A stretch of 64,000 nt of DNA from Octopus vulgaris (lineage: Eukaryota), in the NCBI GenBank assembly GCA_951406725.2, contig OX597842.1, positions 32,674,001 to 32,738,000 on the forward strand, in the 5' to 3' direction. The position numbers and the translations under genes are program-made. Numbering within the stretch: the first letter of the stretch is position 1; each line of letters begins with the position of its first letter. Of this stretch, positions 56,461 to 64,000 are shown piece by piece. The notes beneath the pieces were generated by a model. It saw only the letters and a program-made list of their open reading frames with translations, had not been told where the DNA came from and made no database searches.

Positions 56461-56632
56461 CATCACCATTGCTATCATCATCATCATCATCACCATCATC
56501 ATCAGCATCCTCATCATCTTCATCGCCATCATCATAATCAGCGTCATAATAATGATGCTGAAGATGATGACGATGATGAAGATGACGATGATGATGATGA
56601 TGATCATCATCATCATCATCGTCATCGTCGTC
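55460..56632. repeat. (TATG)n then (CAT)n tracts
   Basis: Seen directly. Confidence 0.92.
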
Positions 56633-56689
56633 GCATTTGTGAGCGTCTCTAGTCGAGGCATTGTTAAATGATTTCCCAGTCCTGGCAGC

Positions 56690-57140
56690 AGCAATACTTG
56701 GTGGTGGTGGTCGTGGCGGGCGGTGGTGTAGGAGTTTTGCAATAGTACGTCAATAGTATGGTAGTGAAAGCGTGCGGGGCGGGGGTGACTGGAGACGGCG
56801 GAGGCGGTATCTGCGCAGCAGTAGTGGCGGCGGTGACGGCGGTGGAGTCGGCGGCGGCGGCGGCGGTGGCGGGGCTCTGCGCGCGCGTGGAGGTGCGTGG
56901 AGGTGTGTGCGCTTCGCTTTTTAGGCGGTTCACTGATTTTTAAAGTGATGTCATTAGAGATTTCGTGATTGTGAGAGAGGAGGGAGGGGGGGAGGCGGTG
57001 GGTGTTTGACGGTGGTGGTGGGGGGAGAAGAGAATGAGAGAGTGAGAGAGAGAGAGGTGAGGTTTTCGAGGAGGAAGAGGACGAGGAGGAGGCGGAGGAG
57101 GTGGAGGTGGGGGCAGGTAACCGAATTTCTCTTGGAATGA
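56690..57140. promoter_or_regulatory. GC/CpG-rich island with GC boxes
   Basis: GGGGCGGGG at about 56776, (GGC)n, GCGCGCGCG; very high CpG density for this window. Confidence 0.35.
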
Positions 57141-57226
57141 ACGTTCATTCAATTACGCACACATGCGCTCACACAGACAGATTCACACCATAGATATGCA
57201 GATATCTATGTGTGTGTGTGTGTATG

Positions 57227-57258
<32 letters not shown>

Positions 57259-57405
57259 AGTGTGTGTATATATATATACATAAATATACACATACACACA
57301 TTGATAAACGTAACGACGTCTGTGTCTGTGTTGTATATATGTTGCACATATATATACATATATATATATACACACATATTAGTATATATATATATATATA
57401 TACAC

Positions 57406-57472
<67 letters not shown>

Positions 57473-57601
57473 TATGTATATAAATATTTATACGGTCACC
57501 TAAATTTTTAAATGTATATCTATCTATCTATCTATCTATCTATCTAGCACTCTCTCACCATCTCTCTATCTGTCTCTCTCACTCTCGCTCTCGCTATATA
57601 C

Positions 57602-57645
<44 letters not shown>

Positions 57646-57982
57646 GCACAACACACACTCACACACACATATATATATATAATAAATGTACAAATATATA
57701 TAGGTAAAATATTAAGTACGTATACACAAAATTAAATGTAGATATATTGTATGTATATTTTTTCTAATCAATTTTTATATACATTCATAAACACAAACTT
57801 ATTTACATGCATCAGCATACATATACCCGCAAAACAAAGTATACTATAAAAACGCGCGCACACACACAGATATAGTAATTCATACATATATACATACATA
57901 CATACATACATATATATATATACATGTATATATGAATATATATATACACACACACTCACACACACTTTTATACATAAAAGTG

Positions 57983-58040
<58 letters not shown>

Positions 58041-58509
58041 TATATATATACACTCATACACACACACACACATATATATATATATGCACGCCACACATAC
58101 AAATATACACCAATATATATATGAATACACAGCTACATATCTATATATCTACCTATCTATTTTATCTTTCTCTCTCTCTCAAGTAATCTACCTATCTCTC
58201 TGTCTCTCTCTGTCTCTCTATCTATCTATCAAGCTATGTACCTACCTATCTATCTAATTTATCTATCATTGTATCGATTGATCGATATATGTATTCTATT
58301 TATGTTTGTATACTTTATAAGTCTGTATACATATATATGTTACATATGTTTATGCATATATGTACAAGTACATATATTGATATGTATATATATTAATATT
58401 TACATATAAATGTATATATATATATATACGTATGTATATGTATATATTCATACATATATATATATTTATATACAATATGTATATATATATATGTGTGTAT
58501 ATATGTATA

Positions 58510-58587
<78 letters not shown>

Positions 58588-58695
58588 TATATACATATAT
58601 ATACATATATATATATATATATATTTATATATTGAAACACAATCTCATTATAGATTTGGCTCGATTTTTCATTCAATTAGGTCGCTAAACACGCA

Positions 58696-58728
<33 letters not shown>

Positions 58729-58871
58729 CACACACACATATATAAACATACATGCACGCACACATACTCCCACTCCCACTTATATACATATATATGTATA
58801 TATATTTATATATATATACATGCATACACATTCCCTCACACACACACACACACACACCCATACATACAGAC

Positions 58872-58908
<37 letters not shown>

Positions 58909-59146
58909 CATATATATTTGTCGGATTGTGCACGCATTCGTGCGAAAGTCCATACAATTGGATAACAAATATACAAATAAATGTGTATAATAATGTATAC
59001 ATGATTCCACAGTCGTAAACAGGCATAACCCTCATAACGATGTGGATATATATATTTATACACCTGTATACACATGATATATACATACCTACGTACATAC
59101 ATGGCAAAATATATATATTTATATATGTATATATATACATATATAA

Positions 59147-59197
<51 letters not shown>

Positions 59198-59208
59198 AAT
59201 ATATATAA

Positions 59209-59267
<59 letters not shown>

Positions 59268-59499
59268 TATATTTATGTTGTTTAGGGATTGGGATCAACA
59301 AAATTTATACTCCATGTAATGGGAGTTAAATATAATTCAATATACATTTAGAATGGAGCTGCCAATAGTTACATGCTTTACTGATACACTAAATTGGCAC
59401 ATATATATATGGCATGCCATACATACATAAATTTGGAAACTTTTAGTACTTCTTTTTTTTAAATGTGCACAATAAACTGCGTATTAAATATGCGTATGT

Positions 59500-59850
59500 A
59501 TTTTTTATTTTTACTTTTTTACTTTATTTATTTATTTAGTTTCAGGTCACAAGCTGTGGCCATGCTGGGGCACCGCCATTTTGGTGTTGCTACATGATTT
59601 TACTTCACGAATGCTTGTTAGCAATTGCCAGCTGGTGCATGAGAGAGTTCGATGCAGCTGCCCTCATCTGCACCTCCTGCCGTGAAGTTGGTTCATCTGG
59701 GACACCTAGGAATGAATTGTGCCAAATTTTGGCATTGAAAGCTACACCAATGTCAGAACAGGATGGCATTGCATAGTGCCAAAGATACCAGCAATGCCAT
59801 CACGCTTTAGGGCCAGATACAGCAACAGTCTGGGTTTGAAGGGCCCGCAA
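59500..59850 (-). pseudogene. CR1-type LINE 3' end with 5' inversion
   Basis: Minus 59710-59530 encodes LGVPDEPTSRQEVQMRAAASNSLMHQ..* plus tail. Plus 59716-59850 encodes IVPNFGIESYTNVRTGWHCIVPKIPAMPSRFRARYSNSLGLKGPQ. Confidence 0.85.
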
Positions 59851-60196
59851 ACCGGTGTTTATATAGACAGAATATGTTAGGTGCGTTCGGCAACTGACTT
59901 GAAATTGTACGTATTTACTATGAACACCATGTTTGATTTACCACTTTATTCCGGTTTGAACTGCAACTGAATGCGTGATTTTGAGCCTGTCTATAAGAAG
60001 TGGCTATATGTGGTCTCTCCTTGAGCAGTGAGATAAAGAAAACGGTAAAAACTGAAAGAACAGACTATTTAGCATCACTTGAAAGAGTGTTTTTGATTTA
60101 TATAGAGAATGAAGGTATACAGAATATCTTACAGTTGTTTCTGGAATAGCCTATCGTGTGGATCATCATATTGAGTATGTAGGTATATGTATAGTT

Positions 60197-60403
60197 AGTT
60201 AATCCAAACAAGAAAACACAAAAAAACACAGCAACGCGAGGACGTGGAACAAACAAAGTATTATTGGACGCTCAGGAAAGAAGGGAAGAAGGAGGGCTAA
60301 ACGTTTCGAGCGGAGCTCTTCGTCGGAAACACAGGAGAAGGAAAGATCCAGAGAAGGGAAGACAGAGGATAAAAAAAATTGCTGGCAGTGCTCACGAGGT
60401 CAC
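60197..60403 (-). mobile_element. Family H1 Penelope-like element with hammerhead motif (60296-60330)
   Basis: GUUU CCGACGA A GAGC UCC GCUC GAAAC GUU UAGC. Confidence 0.75.
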
Positions 60404-60546
60404 ATGTATAGATATATATTTTAATAGCAGTTTGATTCGGTCCGAAGAAGATGTAGACACACTGTTAAATAATATATGTAACCTCCACCCACTGCATTGA
60501 ACGTCGCTTTCTTTCATCTTCCCACTTGCTCGTGTGTATATATATA

Positions 60547-60928
60547 CTAGCAATATCACCCGGTGTTGCTCGGGTTTGTAAGGGAAATAACAATAAAGCA
60601 TTTTTAGAGAGTTATAGCCAAAAAATAGCAAAAAAATGGAAAAAAAATTATGGTAAATTTTTTTTTGAGTTAAAAGGTCGAGTTGCGTCTCCTAGACAGT
60701 CTGTGGTTTGTGTTTCTGATTCTCGACCCCATGTCGAATTTATCGATTTTTTTCAGAACTGGGGGAACTTTTCAAAATTTTCGCTGCGTTAGTTTTGAAT
60801 TATGACATTGGGCTATGTGTGTATCAAGTTTCATCAGAATCGGTTGAAAGCCGTGGTCAGGGTGAGGGTACAACCTGACAGACACACAGACACACACACA
60901 GACAAACTGCCGTTTATATATAGGGAGA
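60547..60928 (-). mobile_element. Non-autonomous Helitron
   Basis: On the minus strand A|TC...CTAG|T with no TSD. Subterminal hairpin ACCCG-AGCAACAC-CGGGT about 11 nt before the end; internal (CTGT)/(GT) microsatellite near the 5' end. Confidence 0.85.
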
Positions 60929-60981
60929 TATATATATGTGGGGTGAGGAGGAATGTGTTAATGGATATATATATATATAAA

Positions 60982-61156
60982 CTTTATTAAAATGCAGTAA
61001 AAATATCACAAAATCTGTTGGACAGAGTTTCACGTTCCCGTTCGTCGGACGGTTTTGTTAAAATTAACAAAACTGTCCAACGAACGGGAACGTGAAACTC
61101 TGAGTAACAGTTTTTGTGATATTTTTACTGTTTTTTAATTAAGCATATTACTCTAC
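60982..61156. mobile_element. Family H3 Penelope-like element with about 80-bp inverted duplication
   Basis: Arms 60982-61061 and 61064-61143; CCGACGA ACG-GGAA-CGU GAAACUC. CATATTACTCTAC is shared with the 41881 copy. Confidence 0.75.
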
Positions 61157-61167
61157 ATATATATATG

Positions 61168-61229
<62 letters not shown>

Positions 61230-61328
61230 CATATATATGTATATATATATATATGTGTGTATATATGTGTATATATATATGTGTGTATATATATGTATAT
61301 ATATATATATATGTTTATATATAAATAG

Positions 61329-61363
<35 letters not shown>

Positions 61364-62084
61364 GACATACATATACACACACTCATATATGTTCATACAT
61401 TTATACACACACGCATACGTATCATCATTATCATCATCATCATCGTCATAACCATCATCAACCGCTTCCTCGTCATCATCAGAACGACTACCACCCCCAC
61501 CAACGCCATCATCATCATCATCATTGCTATCATCATCATCATCACCATCATCATCATTATCACCATCAACAGACAGCATACCTGCGCGCAACTCCACCTG
61601 CCGACCTCCTCACCACCAGCCGACTCCACCCACCGCCATTTTCCCGTCATCAATTCCCTCACGGCTTCCCCCCCCCCCAAAGCGCCACCACCACCACCAC
61701 CACCACCACCACCACCTGACCCCCTTCGCCCCTTAGTTTCCAGTGAATGATTTCCCATGATCCACCTTCCCACAATTCCCCTCCCCTCTCCCCCTCCACC
61801 CCGCCGACATTTACTTCCTGTTCTTTCGCCTTTTTTATAATTTCTAATTTCCTTATTTAATCAACGTTTTGGATTGTTGTGACGTTGTCGTTGTTGTTGT
61901 TGTTGCTGTTGGTTCTACTCTCACCCTCATCCCCACTCTCACCCCACCCTCACCCTCATCAAAATATCGTCATAAGCTTCTTCACGACGCTCTCTCATCA
62001 TTATCAACAACATCGTCATCATCATAACCATCATCATCATCTCAGCATCATAATCATCGTCACCCATGTTGTTGTTGTTGTTTC

Positions 62085-63260
62085 TCTTCTTCCCTTTCTT
62101 CTTCAACTTCTTCTTCTTCATCTTCTTCTTCTTCTACTTCAACTTCTTCTTCTTCATCTTCTTCTTCTTCTTCCTTCTCTTCTTCTTCTTCTTCTTCTTC
62201 TTCTTCTTCTTCTTCCTTCTTCTTCATTCTTCTTCTTCTTCTTCTTCTTCTTCTTCTTCTTCTTCTTCTTCTTCTTCTTCTTCTTCTTCTTCTCCTCCTC
62301 CTTCTTCTTCTTCTTCTTCTTCTTCTTCCCTTTCTTCATCTTCTTCTTCTTCTTCTTCTTCTTCTTCTTCTCCTCCTCCTCCTCCTCCATGCTCCTACTG
62401 GTCTTCTTCCTCATCTTCGTCATCATCACCACCACCATCAACGTCATCGTCGTCGTCGTCATCATCGTCATCATCATCATCGTCATCATTATCATCGTCG
62501 TCGTCGTCATCATCGTCATCATCATCATCGCCATCAATATCATCATCATCATCGTCATCATCATCGTCATCACCATCGTGACCCTCTTCGGCATCGCCAT
62601 CGTGTGTACCCGTAGCCATCCTCACAAATGCTATTATCATAACCATCAAAATCGTCAAAATTAACTCCACCCCCACCACACCCACCCCCACCACCCCACA
62701 ACAACAACAACAACAAAATCAACCCCTCCTCCACCCTTCCCTCTCATATATTGCAATATTTTAATCGTTTTTCATAATTCAACTTCCGGTAAGAATTTTC
62801 TTCAAACGTTAAAATAAACCCTTACCCAACCACACACCTACACATGTTTTCATACACACACACACACATATGTATACACACAAACACACAAATACTCATG
62901 CATACACAAACACATACACAAACACACAGACACAAACACACACACAGATACAAACCCACACACAAACACACACACTAACACACACACTGACACACACACA
63001 CACATGCATGCTTACACACACACACACAAGCGCACACACACACACATATATACACACAAACATACAAATACTCAAATACATACAAACATACAAATACACA
63101 AATACATACACACACACAGACACAAACCCCCACACAAACACACACACTAACACACACATTGATACACACACATACACACACACACACACAAGCACACACA
63201 CACACATATATACACACAAACACACAAATACTCATGCATACACAAACACATACACAAACC
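62085..63260. repeat. (CTT)n, (CAT)n and (CA)n tracts
   Basis: Seen directly. Confidence 0.9.
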
Positions 63261-63442
63261 CACACACATATATACACATATACATACGCACCCGTACACG
63301 TCCACACCTATTATTTCTCTTTCACACACCCACAATATCATGGATTTTCACACAGACACAGACTCACTCACATACACACACATACACTCGTATGCGCAAG
63401 TGTACACACACACTAACACACACATTGAGACACACATACATA

Positions 63443-63663
63443 CTATTTCTTTACTACCCTCAAGGGGCTAAACACAGAGGGACCAAAACAAGAACAGACA
63501 GACAGATTACATCGACCCCAGTGTGTAACTAGTACTTAATTTATCGACCTCGAAAGGATAAAAGGCAAAGTCGACCTCGGTGGAATTTGAACCCAGAACG
63601 TAACGGTAGACGAAGTACAGGTACGCATTTCGCCCGGCGTGCTAACGTTTCTGCCAGCTCGCC
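63443..63663 (-). mobile_element. SINE family B
   Basis: Matches the family B body. Confidence 0.88.
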
Positions 63664-63680
63664 ATATATACATGTATACA

Positions 63681-63714
<34 letters not shown>

Positions 63715-63742
63715 CATTCATACACACATACATATATACATA

Positions 63743-63792
<50 letters not shown>

Positions 63793-63793
<1 letters not shown>

Positions 63794-63976
63794 GACCTCG
63801 TGTGTACCATTGGCGATTTTTTTCCTCTGTCTTCCCTTCTATGTTTCTGATGAAGAGCTCCGCTCGAAACCTTAAACCCTCCTTCTTTCCTTCTTTCCTG
63901 AGCGTCCAATAATACTATATTTGTTCCACGTCCTCGCGTTGTTGTGTTTCATTGTGCTTTCTTGTTTGGATTAACT
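63793..63976 (+). mobile_element. Family H1 Penelope-like element with hammerhead motif (63843-63877)
   Basis: GUUU CUGAUGA A GAGC UCC GCUC GAAAC CUU AAAC; canonical core, stem III G-to-C change. Confidence 0.78.
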
Positions 63977-64000
63977 TTATATACATATATACGACGGGCT

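Overview
Eukaryotic, repeat-saturated non-coding DNA, most likely from an Octopus (coleoid cephalopod) genome. This assignment is inferred from the tRNA-SINE families and the extreme microsatellite load. No host protein-coding exon is confidently recognisable, and nearly all ORFs in the track are microsatellite artefacts. The window contains: many tRNA-derived SINEs of at least 3 families; fragments of CR1-type and R4/Dong-type LINEs; a non-autonomous Helitron; two hAT-type MITEs; two SINE-derived minisatellites; and short CpG-rich unique islands enriched in YY1/Pho-like motifs. Three signals stand out. (1) About ten type I hammerhead-ribozyme motifs in several architectures sit in short Penelope-like elements inserted into (TA)n tracts, including a form whose stem II opens into a two-hairpin branched domain. 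(2) The two hAT MITEs have swapped target-site duplications, the signature of a cointegrate or composite transposon carrying 383 bp of foreign DNA. (3) Several long foldback structures could form dsRNA.
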